DNA of 64,000 nt from an uncultured bacterium (GCA_965552055.1 CBEVQO010000001.1:96001-160000), one strand, 5' to 3'. Shown: positions 9,636 through 19,329, counted from the first letter of the stretch. Notes: generated by a model from the letters alone, not told the origin. Numbers and translations: made by a program.

Positions 9636-10882
9636 TCGTAAACCTTCCCTTTATAAATGGTATATAAAACTTTGCCTTTTAATTCCTTTCCAAGTAAAGG
9701 ACTATTTCTTGATTTTGAATATGTTTTCTTATAAATCCATCTTTTTTCTGGGTCAATTACGGTAATATCTGCATCTCCACCCTCTTCGATTACCCCCTCT
9801 TTCAATTTCAATATTTTTCTGGGATTTTTTGTTAGTTTTTCAATTGCTTCTACCCATGTCAATATGCCTGTATCTATCAACTCCTGAATTATGAGTGGTA
9901 TTGCTGTTTCGAGTCCTATCATTCCGAATGGTGCTTCTGGAAATTCTAATTCTTTTTCAAAATCCGCATGAGGTGCATGGTCTGTCGCTATCACATCTAT
10001 TATCCCTTCTTTTAACGCTTTTTTAAGTGCTTCTTTATCTTCTTTTGTGCGTAAAGGTGGATTTACCTTATAGTTTGTATCAAAATCTTTTAAATCTTCT
10101 TCTGTAAATGTGAAATGATGTGGGGTAACTTCTGCCGTTACCTTTATCCCCTTTTCTTTTGCTCTTTTTATAATTTCGCATGATTCTTTTGTCGATACAT
10201 GTGCGATGTGAATTTTTGCCCCCGTGTATTCTGCAAGTGCAATATCCCTTGCAACCATTATACTCTCTGCAATTCGGGGGATGCCACGCAAACCAAGTAT
10301 CAATGACATATCTCCTTCGTTCATATCACCGCCTTCTGATAAATTTTTATCCTCAGCGTGTGAAATCACGGGAATATCAAACATTTTCGAATATTCAAGG
10401 GCTCTCCTCATAATCTCAGAGTTCATAACACTATTTCCATCGTCAGATATTGCACAACAACCACCTTTTACAAGGTCACCTATCTCTGCGAGCTCCTCGC
10501 CTTTTAAGCCCTTCGTAATAGCACCAACAGGGTAAACCGTACAGTTTTTATCAGCCTCAAATATAAATTTCACAATCCCGATGTTATCGATGGGCGGAGA
10601 TGTATTTGGCATACAACAAACGCATGTAAAACCACCATGTAAAGCACAAAGAGTGCCTGTATAAAGCGTTTCTTCATCTTCCCTGCCGGGTTCTCGCAAA
10701 TGCACATGCATATCAATAAGACCGGGGGTAACAATTTTGCCCTCAGCATCGATAATTTTATCGGCATTTTCAGATATATTCCCTATCTTTTTAATCTTTC
10801 CATCTTCTATCAAAATATCAAAAATTTCATCAATCCCTTTTTCTGGTTCTATCAATCTTCCTCTTTTTATAAGGATTTTCAT
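9623..10882 (-). CDS. pyrC: Dihydroorotase (class I)
   Basis: DMHVHLREPG, MPNT, KVNPPLR, IATDHAPH. Confidence 0.95.
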   Translation of the reverse strand: MKILIKRGRLIEPEKGIDEIFDILIEDGKIKKIGNISENADKIIDAEGKIVTPGLIDMHVHLREPGREDEETLYTGTLCALHGGFTCVCCMPNTSPPIDNIGIVKFIFEADKNCTVYPVGAITKGLKGEELAEIGDLVKGGCCAISDDGNSVMNSEIMRRALEYSKMFDIPVISHAEDKNLSEGGDMNEGDMSLILGLRGIPRIAESIMVARDIALAEYTGAKIHIAHVSTKESCEIIKRAKEKGIKVTAEVTPHHFTFTEEDLKDFDTNYKVNPPLRTKEDKEALKKALKEGIIDVIATDHAPHADFEKELEFPEAPFGMIGLETAIPLIIQELIDTGILTWVEAIEKLTKNPRKILKLKEGVIEEGGDADITVIDPEKRWIYKKTYSKSRNSPLLGKELKGKVLYTIYKGKVYEWED

Positions 10883-11607
10883 CTACTTTTTATAAAATGG
10901 TAGATTTCGTTCAAACCTATCAATGTGAGCCATGGACTATAGGGTATTTTTAATTCCGGTGCAAAGAATTTTCCTTCACCTCCTGTCATTATGAACTTAA
11001 GGTTTTCACCTACTTCCTTTTTTATCATCTGAAGTAAACCCTCCAATCTCTTTATCTCGCCCCAGAACATGCCTGACATCATGCATTCACGGGTTGACCT
11101 ACCTAAAAGCGAGACCCTCTGCAAACTTACCATCGGGAGCAAAGAAGTATTATTCACAAGTGCTTTGAAACCCGTTCTCACACCCGGTAAAATAATGCCA
11201 CCGATGTGTTCCTTTTTGTCATTTATGACATCGATAGTTGTAGCCGTTCCCATATCAATCACACAAACAGGCACTCCTGCTTCCGAGACAGCACCAACCA
11301 TAGCTGCTATCCTGTCGGGTCCAAGCTGCGATACAGCTCTGTATCCGGGTTTTATTGGTAACTTTGTGGTAGGCGATAAAAATATCGGACTTATATTATG
11401 CAATTTTTTAATTGCTATTTCAAAATCTTTATTTTTATCGGGGACAACAGAAGATATTATCGCACCATCTACATGTCTGTAAAATTTCAAAACATATTCC
11501 GGACGAATTGCAGATGTTTGACCGCTTTCAACTTTTATCATTTTTTTATTATCAAAATATCCTATTGATGTAGTCGTATTCCCGATATCTACAGTAAGTA
11601 CCATCAT
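10879..11607 (-). CDS. coaX: Type III pantothenate kinase
   Basis: VDIGNT, LGPDR, VIDMGTATT, GGIILPG, TGG. Confidence 0.95.
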   Translation of the reverse strand: MMVLTVDIGNTTTSIGYFDNKKMIKVESGQTSAIRPEYVLKFYRHVDGAIISSVVPDKNKDFEIAIKKLHNISPIFLSPTTKLPIKPGYRAVSQLGPDRIAAMVGAVSEAGVPVCVIDMGTATTIDVINDKKEHIGGIILPGVRTGFKALVNNTSLLPMVSLQRVSLLGRSTRECMMSGMFWGEIKRLEGLLQMIKKEVGENLKFIMTGGEGKFFAPELKIPYSPWLTLIGLNEIYHFIKSR

Positions 11608-12647
11608 ATCCTTTCTCTCACCAGCTTTGCCCTTTCATAATCTTCTTCATCTTTTTCAAGTGTTTTACCGCATTTTTTCATCAGATGTGCTGGCATAGCT
11701 TCAATTAACAATTTATTAATCGTCAAAAGGTCAACATTTTTAATTATTTGCATCCCAATTCCTGTTCTTATTGCTGATGCGTAATTTACGAAATCGCGAA
11801 GATTCAGTAATCTCGCGAATTTCATTATTCCATAAGCACGCCACACAGTATTTTCAAGTTCAAGACCAGCTTCATCATACAATCTGCTACGAGCATTTTT
11901 CTCTTTTTCAACTATCTCTTTAACTTTTTGATATAAATTGCGAATAATTTCCTCTTCACTTACACCAAGTGTTATTTGATTTGATACCTGTAGAAAATTT
12001 CCATAAGCTTTTGTTCCTTCACCGAAAAATCCTCTTACAGCGAAACCTTCTTTTCGAAGTTTATCCATCAAGCTATGTAATTTGCCAGTTTGATTCAAGG
12101 CAGGTAAATGAAGCAAAACAGAAGCCCTTAATCCTGTGCCAACATTCGTAAGACACGAAGTAAGATATCCCCATCTCTTCGAGAATGCATATTTTACCCT
12201 TTCACCTATTTTATCATCTATTTTATTTGCTATATCGAATGCCCTGTGCAATTCAAATCCTCCTGATATCACCTGTATGCGTAAATGGTCTTCTTCATTT
12301 ATCATTATGCTGATAGTTTCATCCGCAGATATTGCTACACCTGAAAATTTTTTTATCCTCAAAAACTCTTTACTAACAAGCCGACGCTCAAACAACAATT
12401 CTTTATCGAGTAATGTTAAATCTTCTGCACTTAAAATCAATCCATTATCAAAAATTTTCGTCTCTTTTAAAACTTCTTTTATCAATCTGAATACATCTTT
12501 TCTTTCTGCATCCGTTGCCCTTCCTGGGAACGGGAATAACGCAACATTACGGGCGAGACGCACACGGGTGGATAGCACTATATCCTCTGCACCATCACGC
12601 GGATAAATCCAGTCGGGATCGCGTTTCAACAAATCAAGCAACTTCAT
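11604..12647 (-). CDS. mcsB: Protein arginine kinase
   Basis: STRVRLARN, INEEDHLRIQ, GYLTSCLTNVGTGLRASV, QVSNQITLG. Confidence 0.93.
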   Translation of the reverse strand: MKLLDLLKRDPDWIYPRDGAEDIVLSTRVRLARNVALFPFPGRATDAERKDVFRLIKEVLKETKIFDNGLILSAEDLTLLDKELLFERRLVSKEFLRIKKFSGVAISADETISIMINEEDHLRIQVISGGFELHRAFDIANKIDDKIGERVKYAFSKRWGYLTSCLTNVGTGLRASVLLHLPALNQTGKLHSLMDKLRKEGFAVRGFFGEGTKAYGNFLQVSNQITLGVSEEEIIRNLYQKVKEIVEKEKNARSRLYDEAGLELENTVWRAYGIMKFARLLNLRDFVNYASAIRTGIGMQIIKNVDLLTINKLLIEAMPAHLMKKCGKTLEKDEEDYERAKLVRERI

Positions 12648-13116
12648 TTCCCATCTCCTTTATTAATCTATTTATCTTATCCCGTATTCTTGCAGCTTCT
12701 TCGTATTTCTCTTCCTTTATACATTGTTCGAGTTTTTTCCTCAACTCAGCTACCTCTTTTTCCTTTTTGCTCTCAATTGCACCAAGATAAGGCACTTTAC
12801 CTTTATGTATCGTATCCCTTTGCAATTTACTTGTAAGTTCTTCCACTACTTTCTCAAATGTAGAGTAACATTCTGGGCAACCGAACTGTAATTTTTCCTT
12901 AAATTCTTCAAAAGTCAGCCCGCATCTCTCACATCTTTCTGCTTCTATTTTCTGCATAGGCAAAGCCCAGAAAGGCAATGCTTTCTCGGGGTAATCAACA
13001 TCTATGCCCCTCGCCTTGGCACATTCATAACAAATATGCAACTCTACTTTCTTGCCTTCTTTCACCACAGTATACACTATTTTTGCTTCCCTTTTATGAC
13101 AGAAATCACACAGCAT
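12634..13116 (-). CDS. mcsA: Protein arginine kinase activator
   Basis: Four CxxC motifs plus C-terminal UVR domain (EKYEEAARIRD). Confidence 0.92.
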   Translation of the reverse strand: MLCDFCHKREAKIVYTVVKEGKKVELHICYECAKARGIDVDYPEKALPFWALPMQKIEAERCERCGLTFEEFKEKLQFGCPECYSTFEKVVEELTSKLQRDTIHKGKVPYLGAIESKKEKEVAELRKKLEQCIKEEKYEEAARIRDKINRLIKEMGNEVA

Positions 13117-13780
13117 AAAACTTACCTCCTATTAATTTTATAATACGATTTCCTATTTTGGCAAGCTTTTCTTTATGTGTCGCTATCAAAAAAGTTATTC
13201 CCTTTTCTTTGTTTAATCTTAAAATCAGCTTATGAATCTCTTCCGCTGTTGTTTCATCCAGGTTTCCTGTGGGCTCATCCATCATAACGATTACCGGTGA
13301 ATTTATGAGTGCCCGTGCAATGGCAACCCGTTGTTGCTCACCACCCGATAATTCCTGCGGAAAACGCATAGATTTATCTTTTAAACCTACTTCCTCCAAA
13401 ATTTTTTCCCCTTTATCCAATGAATTTTTGTCCCCCTTTATAAGTGCAGGCAGAATAACATTCTCAAGCACCGTGAGCTCTGGAATCAATTGAAAAAATT
13501 GAAAAACAAAACCTATCTTTTCATTCCTTATCCTCGCTATCCTTTTATCGTCATACGAAAATATATCTTCACCATCGAGAAAAACTTTGCCCTGACTCGG
13601 CTTATCAAGTCCTCCACAAATATTTAAAAAAGTAGTTTTACCAACTCCTGAAGGTCCCATAATGCTTACAATTTCGCCTTTTCGAACTTCTAAATTAATT
13701 CCCTTCAAAACATAAACTTCTTCTGCTTTTGTCTTATAAATCTTATGCAAATTCACAACTTTTAAAACAATTTCATTCAT
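13106..13780 (-). CDS. lolD: Lipoprotein-releasing ABC transporter ATP-binding protein
   Basis: GPSGVGKTT, GFVFQF, LSGGEQQRVAIARAL, DEPTGNLD, ATH; adjacent to lolC/E. Confidence 0.88.
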   Translation of the reverse strand: MNEIVLKVVNLHKIYKTKAEEVYVLKGINLEVRKGEIVSIMGPSGVGKTTFLNICGGLDKPSQGKVFLDGEDIFSYDDKRIARIRNEKIGFVFQFFQLIPELTVLENVILPALIKGDKNSLDKGEKILEEVGLKDKSMRFPQELSGGEQQRVAIARALINSPVIVMMDEPTGNLDETTAEEIHKLILRLNKEKGITFLIATHKEKLAKIGNRIIKLIGGKFYAV

Positions 13781-14921
13781 ATCTTAAAACTTCTGCGGGC
13801 ATCAATTCTGCTGCCTTTTTCGCAGGATAAACCGCACTAATCAAAACAAGTATAAGAGCTATTCCACATACAAGTAAAAAATCCTGCCACCTCATTTTTA
13901 CAGGAAGAGTCATCACATTATAAATCTCAGCCGGCAATTTTACAAAATGATATTTCTTAAGCAAAACACAAAGAACATATCCAAGTGCAGTGCCACATAC
14001 TATACCCTTCAAACCAATCAAAAGTCCTCTCAATGTAAAAAGTTTTAAGATTGATTTATTGGTAGCACCCAGTGCTTTTAGCACTCCTATCTCACGGGAC
14101 TTACGCGTTACAAGCATCAACATAGACGCAGATATCGCAAAACAAGCAACCACTATTATCAATGTGAGCAAAATGAATAAAGTCGTCTTCTCGAGCTTTA
14201 AAGCAGAAAAAAGTGTCGAATTCACTTCTGTCCAGCTCACAGCCCTAAAAGGATAAGGCAATACATCATTTAAAATATCCCTAACTTTATCTGCATCGTA
14301 AGGATTTTCGAGTTTCATCTCTATGCCTGTTACTTTATTTTTCAGACCGAAAAATTTCTGCGCATCTCTTAATGACATAAAGGTAAGTGAGACATTATAA
14401 TCATAAAGTCCTGTGTCAAAAATTTTATCTACTTTGTATTTTCTCGTTTTAAGTAAAAGTCGTGATTTTTTAGAAAGTGGAAAACCAAAAAGTTTAACGG
14501 TATCACCTGCTATTACTTTTAAGACATCGGATAGGGATTTTCCCAATGCCAAGCCCTGTAAAGTATCTGTTGGATATGCTTTTATCATAACACCTTCCTG
14601 TGCGTAATCACTTTTTATCACTCCTTTCGTGAAAATATAAGGATAAATGTTTTTTATGCCTTTTATATTCTTTTTGACGATTTTGATTATTGAATCTGGA
14701 TTTTCAAAAGGTTCGTTGAAAAATTTTGTGATAATCACATCTGGATTCCATTTCAATATTTTTTCTTTTATTTCGTAGTGGAAACCGTTTACAACGGACA
14801 GCACAACTATAAGGCATGCCACACCCAGAGCTACACCGACGGCTGTTATAATGTTTGAGAGACGACGGAAACCACCTGGTAATCTGCCATCACGACGAAC
14901 GATAAACCACTCAAATCCCAC
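13773..14921 (-). CDS. lolC: Lipoprotein-releasing ABC transporter permease (LolC/E family)
   Basis: GVALGVACLIVVLSVVNGF, EIGVLKALGA, YPAKKAAEL.PAEVLRYE; GTG start. Confidence 0.88.
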   Translation of the reverse strand: MGFEWFIVRRDGRLPGGFRRLSNIITAVGVALGVACLIVVLSVVNGFHYEIKEKILKWNPDVIITKFFNEPFENPDSIIKIVKKNIKGIKNIYPYIFTKGVIKSDYAQEGVMIKAYPTDTLQGLALGKSLSDVLKVIAGDTVKLFGFPLSKKSRLLLKTRKYKVDKIFDTGLYDYNVSLTFMSLRDAQKFFGLKNKVTGIEMKLENPYDADKVRDILNDVLPYPFRAVSWTEVNSTLFSALKLEKTTLFILLTLIIVVACFAISASMLMLVTRKSREIGVLKALGATNKSILKLFTLRGLLIGLKGIVCGTALGYVLCVLLKKYHFVKLPAEIYNVMTLPVKMRWQDFLLVCGIALILVLISAVYPAKKAAELMPAEVLRYE

Positions 14922-14926
14922 CCACT

Positions 14927-14953
14927 ATTTTACATATTTTTTTAATTTGTCAA
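14927..14953 (-). promoter_or_regulatory. Promoter of the lolC...ATPase operon, probably leaderless
   Basis: Minus strand TTGACA (14953-14948), 15 bp, TAAAAT (14932-14927), 5 nt, GTG 14921. Confidence 0.8.
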
Positions 14954-15285
14954 GGATTTTTGAGATGCTCCGCAAAGAGTAAATCACGCAATGTAGTATC
15001 TTCGAGGATTTCTTTTACCCTTCTTTCAATCCTCTTTTTATGATAATCATAATCACAAACTTCTTTAAAATCACATTCTACATCTTTTTCTTCATTTTTT
15101 TCTACTATCTCATAAATTTCCCTTAATTTTATTTTTTCTGGTGGTAGAGCAAGTTTCCATCCATCTTTTGTTCTCGCAACTATACCTTCGCTTTGAAGTT
15201 TTTTCAAAAAATCTTTATATTTATCAGAATCTATGCTCTGACCTTTTGCAATTCTAATCAGCAACAATATTATTTCATCTATCAC
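14950..15285 (-). CDS. Divergent Rrf2-family transcriptional regulator-like protein
   Basis: GWKLALPPEKIKLREI and LEDTTLRDL resemble Rrf2; two Cys. Start moved from TTG 15306 to GTG 15285 because the promoter spans 15317-15291. Confidence 0.65.
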   Translation of the reverse strand: MIDEIILLLIRIAKGQSIDSDKYKDFLKKLQSEGIVARTKDGWKLALPPEKIKLREIYEIVEKNEEKDVECDFKEVCDYDYHKKRIERRVKEILEDTTLRDLLFAEHLKNP

Positions 15286-15290
15286 CCAAT

Positions 15291-15317
15291 ATTTTAATCG
15301 CCTCAAAATTGTGTCAA
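15291..15317 (-). promoter_or_regulatory. Promoter of the Rrf2-like gene, probably leaderless
   Basis: TTGACA (15317-15312), 15 bp, TAAAAT (15296-15291), 5 nt, GTG 15285. Confidence 0.8.
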
Positions 15318-15331
15318 GGAGAAATTTTTAT

Positions 15332-15358
15332 TTGACAGCTCTCATTTCTGCTTATAAT
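15332..15358 (+). promoter_or_regulatory. Consensus promoter upstream of a small or decayed ORF
   Basis: TTGACA 15332-15337, 15 bp, TATAAT 15353-15358, 5 nt, ATG 15364. Confidence 0.8.
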
Positions 15359-15363
15359 CAGTG

Positions 15364-15635
15364 ATGTGTAAAAGCGCTGAAGAAAAATTCCGGGAAGCAT
15401 TGACTCCTTCTGCTCACTCGACCTTCACCAAAATGGGCTTCAAAATAAAAAAGTTTATGCAAAGTTGGATACGGAATTCATAGCAGAATACAAAGGCGAA
15501 AAATACATAATAATAGGCAAGACAAGAGTATAAAAATGAGAAATCGATTTCTTTGCAGCAGTGCATTATGATAAAGACATTGCAGAAGAACTACAAAAAA
15601 TGGTATATAAAGATTTCAAACCAAAAGAATATTAA
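15364..15635 (+). pseudogene. Probable decayed gene, possibly a PD-(D/E)XK nuclease-like remnant; 39-aa ORF at 15364-15483
   Basis: MCKSAEEKFREAL...MGFKIKK continues in the -1 frame as VYAKLDTEFIAEYKGEKYIIIGKTRV. After in-frame TAA 15531 and TGA 15537 it reads EIDFFAAVHYDKDIAEELQKMVYKDFKPKEY*. Confidence 0.45.
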
Positions 15636-15674
15636 TTTCACATAATTCCATAAGTGAATTTTTTCATTTTATGC

Positions 15675-15701
15675 TTGACATTTTGTTGAAATCATTAGCT
15701 T
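15675..15701 (+). promoter_or_regulatory. Promoter of the ftsE operon, probably leaderless
   Basis: TTGACA 15675-15680, 15 bp, TAGCTT 15696-15701, 5 nt, GTG 15707. Confidence 0.7.
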
Positions 15702-15706
15702 AATTT

Positions 15707-16339
15707 GTGATTACATTTAATTCTGTTACAAAGTCCTATGGTTTAAGGATAATTCTTTCCGATGTTAATTTATGTATAAAGCGAGGGGAATTTGCTCTTA
15801 TATGTGGCGATACTGGCTCTGGCAAAACTACTTTTTTGAAATTAATTTACATGGAAGAAAAGCCAACAAAAGGAGTGGTTGAAGTAATGGGTATTTCTTC
15901 GAAACATCTTGATAAAAACAAATTAAAAGAGTTAAGAAGTAAGACCAGTTTTATAACACAAGATGATAATTTAATAGAAGATGTTAATGTTTATGAAAAT
16001 ATTTTTTTGCCTTTAGAAAGTATAGGTAAATTTTCAAAGGAAAAGGCTGTAAAGTTATTGACAAAATTTGGTATTTTAAATTTGCTCAGCGAGAAAGCTT
16101 CAAATTTATCTGCGGGTGAGCGTCGTATAATTCAAATAGTAAGAGAGCTGTTGAAAAGCCCGATTCTTATGCTTTGTGATGAACCTTTTGCTGTGATAGA
16201 TAAAAAGACAGAGAAAATTTTGCGCGAAATTTTAATACAAATGAATAAAACAGGAGTAACGATTGTAATGACTACATCAAAGGAAAATCCAGGTCTTCCA
16301 TGTAAAAGATATGAACTGAAAAATGGCAAAATTATTTAG
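15707..16339 (+). CDS. ftsE: Cell-division ABC ATPase FtsE-like (divergent)
   Basis: GDTGSGKTTFLKLIYMEEKPTKG (FtsE-typical), LSAGE, LCDEP; followed by an FtsX-like gene. Confidence 0.75.
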   Translation: MITFNSVTKSYGLRIILSDVNLCIKRGEFALICGDTGSGKTTFLKLIYMEEKPTKGVVEVMGISSKHLDKNKLKELRSKTSFITQDDNLIEDVNVYENIFLPLESIGKFSKEKAVKLLTKFGILNLLSEKASNLSAGERRIIQIVRELLKSPILMLCDEPFAVIDKKTEKILREILIQMNKTGVTIVMTTSKENPGLPCKRYELKNGKII

Positions 16340-17093
16340 CATAATAGTGATAATAGAGATGAGTATTTTATCATTTTTCAATATTAAAAGAAATTTCGAA
16401 AAAAGATTTGAGAATGTAGAAATAAGGGCATTTTTAAAAAGAAATTGTGATAAAGAAGAGGTTCTAAAATATGTGCGTAATTTATCACATGTTGACTATG
16501 TGGAATATATGGAGAAAGATGAGATTCTAAGTGAATTCAGGAGATTGTTTCCTGACAAGGAAAAATATATAAAAGCACTTGAAGAAAATCCTTTCCCGCC
16601 TTCTCTTAAAATTTATTTAGAAAAAGAAAGCAACCCCGAGGTTATCAAAGAAGTATTAAGTAAATTGAAAGAAAAAGATTTTTTAAAAGATATCGTTTTT
16701 AATGTAGAGGAATATAACAGAATCTGGATGAATTCGAAGATATTCTTCTGGGGCTTTATAGTGTTTCTTTCTTTACTTTTCATTATAAAATCCTTTATGT
16801 TATGGGATGTTCTGCAAAGCAGGGTCAATGTTATAAAAAATAAATTAAAAGTCATAGAAAAATTTGGCGGGGATAGTGGTAAATTGAAGATGTGCTTTAT
16901 TTTAAAGAATTTGTCCGAATTTGCACTTTTACTTATAGCGGGCATTGGTGTTTGTTATTTTCTTTCGAAATATTTTCTTACCAAGTATTTTGAAATTTAC
17001 TTTTTGTTTTTACCTTCACTTTATTACGGGTTGAGTTTTTTCTTTCTTTGTTTTTTGTTTCTCGTGATTAGTTTACGGAGAAGGGGGGTGTGA
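16323..17093 (+). CDS. ftsX: Cell-division permease FtsX-like (divergent)
   Basis: VEIRAFL...VEYMEKDE...ENPFPPSLKI extracellular domain; four hydrophobic segments. Confidence 0.7.
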   Translation: MAKLFSIIVIIEMSILSFFNIKRNFEKRFENVEIRAFLKRNCDKEEVLKYVRNLSHVDYVEYMEKDEILSEFRRLFPDKEKYIKALEENPFPPSLKIYLEKESNPEVIKEVLSKLKEKDFLKDIVFNVEEYNRIWMNSKIFFWGFIVFLSLLFIIKSFMLWDVLQSRVNVIKNKLKVIEKFGGDSGKLKMCFILKNLSEFALLLIAGIGVCYFLSKYFLTKYFEIYFLFLPSLYYGLSFFFLCFLFLVISLRRRGV

Positions 17094-18610
17094 TGATATT
17101 ACTAGCATTATTTTTACTTACAAAGCCCGTTGTTGCTGTGCTATACTTTGATGTGCATGCCGAGTCCGATGCATATAAGTTCCTGAGTGGTGCTATATGC
17201 GATATGCTGATAACAGACCTCGTGTTAAGCGATAAATTCACAGTAGTCGAGAGGGAGGAGCTCGATAAGGTGCTTTCCGAAATAAAACTCGGAATAGAAG
17301 GACTTACCAAGATGGAGAATGTCATAAAGGTCGGGGAATTGTTAAATGCGAAATACATAATAACGGGTAGCGTTACCGTGATAGGCGATAACTATCGACT
17401 TGATGTGCGTATGATAGAGGTTGAAACAGGCGAAATCATCTTCGCAGAAAAAGCACAGTGTTCCTCGAAGGACAGATTGTTTGATGCTGTGGATATGATT
17501 GCAGATAAGATATGTGGAAGCGAAATTGCACCTGCTCGTGGTCCAAGGATGGATGTTCTTTTCATAATCGATGCTACCGGAAGTATGGCAGATGAGATTG
17601 AAAAAGTAAAATCTAAAATTACTGAAATCATAAGAGAAATAGAAAGGGGGAGACCTACACCGAGATTGAGATTCGGGCTCGTTGCTTACAGAGATAGGGG
17701 AGATGTATTTGTTGTTAAAAAATACAAATTCACATTTGATAAAAGAGAATTTGAGCAAGCACTTTATAGTTTGACAGCAACAGGAGGTGGAGATTACAGA
17801 GAAGATGTTAACGAAGCTCTCAGAGTAGCAATTGAAGAAATGAACTGGGATACTTCAAAAGATGTAGCGAGAATAGCTTTTTTAATAGGAGATGCCCCGC
17901 CTCATATGGACTATAATCAGAAATATACTTATAAAAATGCGATAAAGAGAGCAAGGGAAAAAGGAATTACAATATCTACGATAATATGCAGTGGTATGAA
18001 TCAGGAGGGTGTTAATATTTTTAAAGAAATAGCAACAGGAACAAACGGCACAGCAGAATATTTGACTTACTATCATGAAGTGGTTACAGCTGAAGGTAAG
18101 AAAATAAAATTTGCAGAAAAAGGAGAAAAATATTTCCTAGAGATGTTTTCTATCGATAAAAAAGGTAAACCTGTGGGTAAAGAAAAGATAATGAAAATTA
18201 AAGCTAAAGCAGTATCCGAAAGAAAGACATCAGATATCGATAAGGTGTTGATATCGGGGATAAAAAGAGTTGCAATATCAAAGGGTGTGAAATACACGGA
18301 AGAAAAATTTAAAGAGTTTATTATAAAAAGCGACGGTGAAACTTTTTGTATAAAAGTAAGTGATGAGAAGACGATAAAAGAACTGGAAAAAGCAAAAAGG
18401 GAAGGAAAAGAGATTTGGCTGATGGTTAATATCAAAGCCAGAGGCAAAAATGAATTTGAGATAACCCCGGGGAATGTGTATTATATCAAAAAGCCACCTC
18501 AATCTGTAAGAGTTGATATAAAAAAGATAAAAGAAAATCCAGAATATTATGAAAAATATGGATTGGGAGAACCGAACCTATGGGCAATAAAAGTAAAAGT
18601 CATAAAATGA
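17090..18610 (+). CDS. Secreted CsgG/TolB_N-like plus von Willebrand A domain protein
   Basis: Signal-like N-terminus; FTVVEREELDKVLSE...AKYIITGSV...VETGEII (CsgG-like); DVLFIIDATGSM MIDAS, TGGGD, LIGDAPPH (VWA). Confidence 0.8.
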   Translation: MMILLALFLLTKPVVAVLYFDVHAESDAYKFLSGAICDMLITDLVLSDKFTVVEREELDKVLSEIKLGIEGLTKMENVIKVGELLNAKYIITGSVTVIGDNYRLDVRMIEVETGEIIFAEKAQCSSKDRLFDAVDMIADKICGSEIAPARGPRMDVLFIIDATGSMADEIEKVKSKITEIIREIERGRPTPRLRFGLVAYRDRGDVFVVKKYKFTFDKREFEQALYSLTATGGGDYREDVNEALRVAIEEMNWDTSKDVARIAFLIGDAPPHMDYNQKYTYKNAIKRAREKGITISTIICSGMNQEGVNIFKEIATGTNGTAEYLTYYHEVVTAEGKKIKFAEKGEKYFLEMFSIDKKGKPVGKEKIMKIKAKAVSERKTSDIDKVLISGIKRVAISKGVKYTEEKFKEFIIKSDGETFCIKVSDEKTIKELEKAKREGKEIWLMVNIKARGKNEFEITPGNVYYIKKPPQSVRVDIKKIKENPEYYEKYGLGEPNLWAIKVKVIK

Positions 18611-19323
18611 GAAATATAAAACTGGTACTCGAATACGATGGCACTAATTTTTATGGTTGGGAATTACAGCCAGATAAACGCACAATAAGAGGAGAGCTGA
18701 TAAAAGCAGTGAGGGAGCTGACAGGTGAGAATGTAAAAGTTTATGGTGCATCAAGGACAGATAAGGGGGTGCATGCATTGGGACAGGTAGCACACTTTAA
18801 AACAAATTCAAAGCTATCAATCGAGGCAATTCACAGTGCCCTGAATCATTTTTTACCCGAAGATATTTATGTAAAGGATGTGGAAGAAGCTCCCCTTGAT
18901 TTTCATGCTCGAAAATCAGCAAAAGGCAAGATTTATATTTACAGGATTTATTTTGGAAAAAGTCCCCTTTTGAGAAACTATGTTTGGGAATTTGGGGATA
19001 CGAAGGCAGATATTGAAATTGTAAGAAAAGTTATGCCCAAATTTTTAGGGAGACACAGATTTGACAAATTTGCCTATCGTGATAGTGGTATATGCAATAT
19101 AAAGAGATTTGAAATTATGGAAAGGAAAAATGAATGGGTTTTTATGATAGAAGGAGATAGGTTTTTACACAAGATGGTAAGAATACTGGTTGGCACTCTT
19201 ATGGACCTTGCGACGGGTAAGATAACGGAGAAAAGGATTGATGATATGTTGAATCTCGAGAGTCATAAAAGGGGAACATGTGCACCTCCACAGGGCTTAT
19301 ACCTGCTCAAAGTTTTATATTAA
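18607..19323 (+). CDS. truA: tRNA pseudouridine(38-40) synthase
   Basis: YDGTNFYGW, SRTDKGVHALGQV, FHARKSA, FLHKMVR, APPQGLYL; ATGA overlap. Confidence 0.95.
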   Translation: MRNIKLVLEYDGTNFYGWELQPDKRTIRGELIKAVRELTGENVKVYGASRTDKGVHALGQVAHFKTNSKLSIEAIHSALNHFLPEDIYVKDVEEAPLDFHARKSAKGKIYIYRIYFGKSPLLRNYVWEFGDTKADIEIVRKVMPKFLGRHRFDKFAYRDSGICNIKRFEIMERKNEWVFMIEGDRFLHKMVRILVGTLMDLATGKITEKRIDDMLNLESHKRGTCAPPQGLYLLKVLY

Positions 19324-19329
19324 ATTTGC

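Noticed and set aside
15531..15539. Stop-codon read-through or alternative genetic code in the decayed ORF
   Set aside because: TGA, TAA and TAG all terminate conserved genes normally throughout the window.
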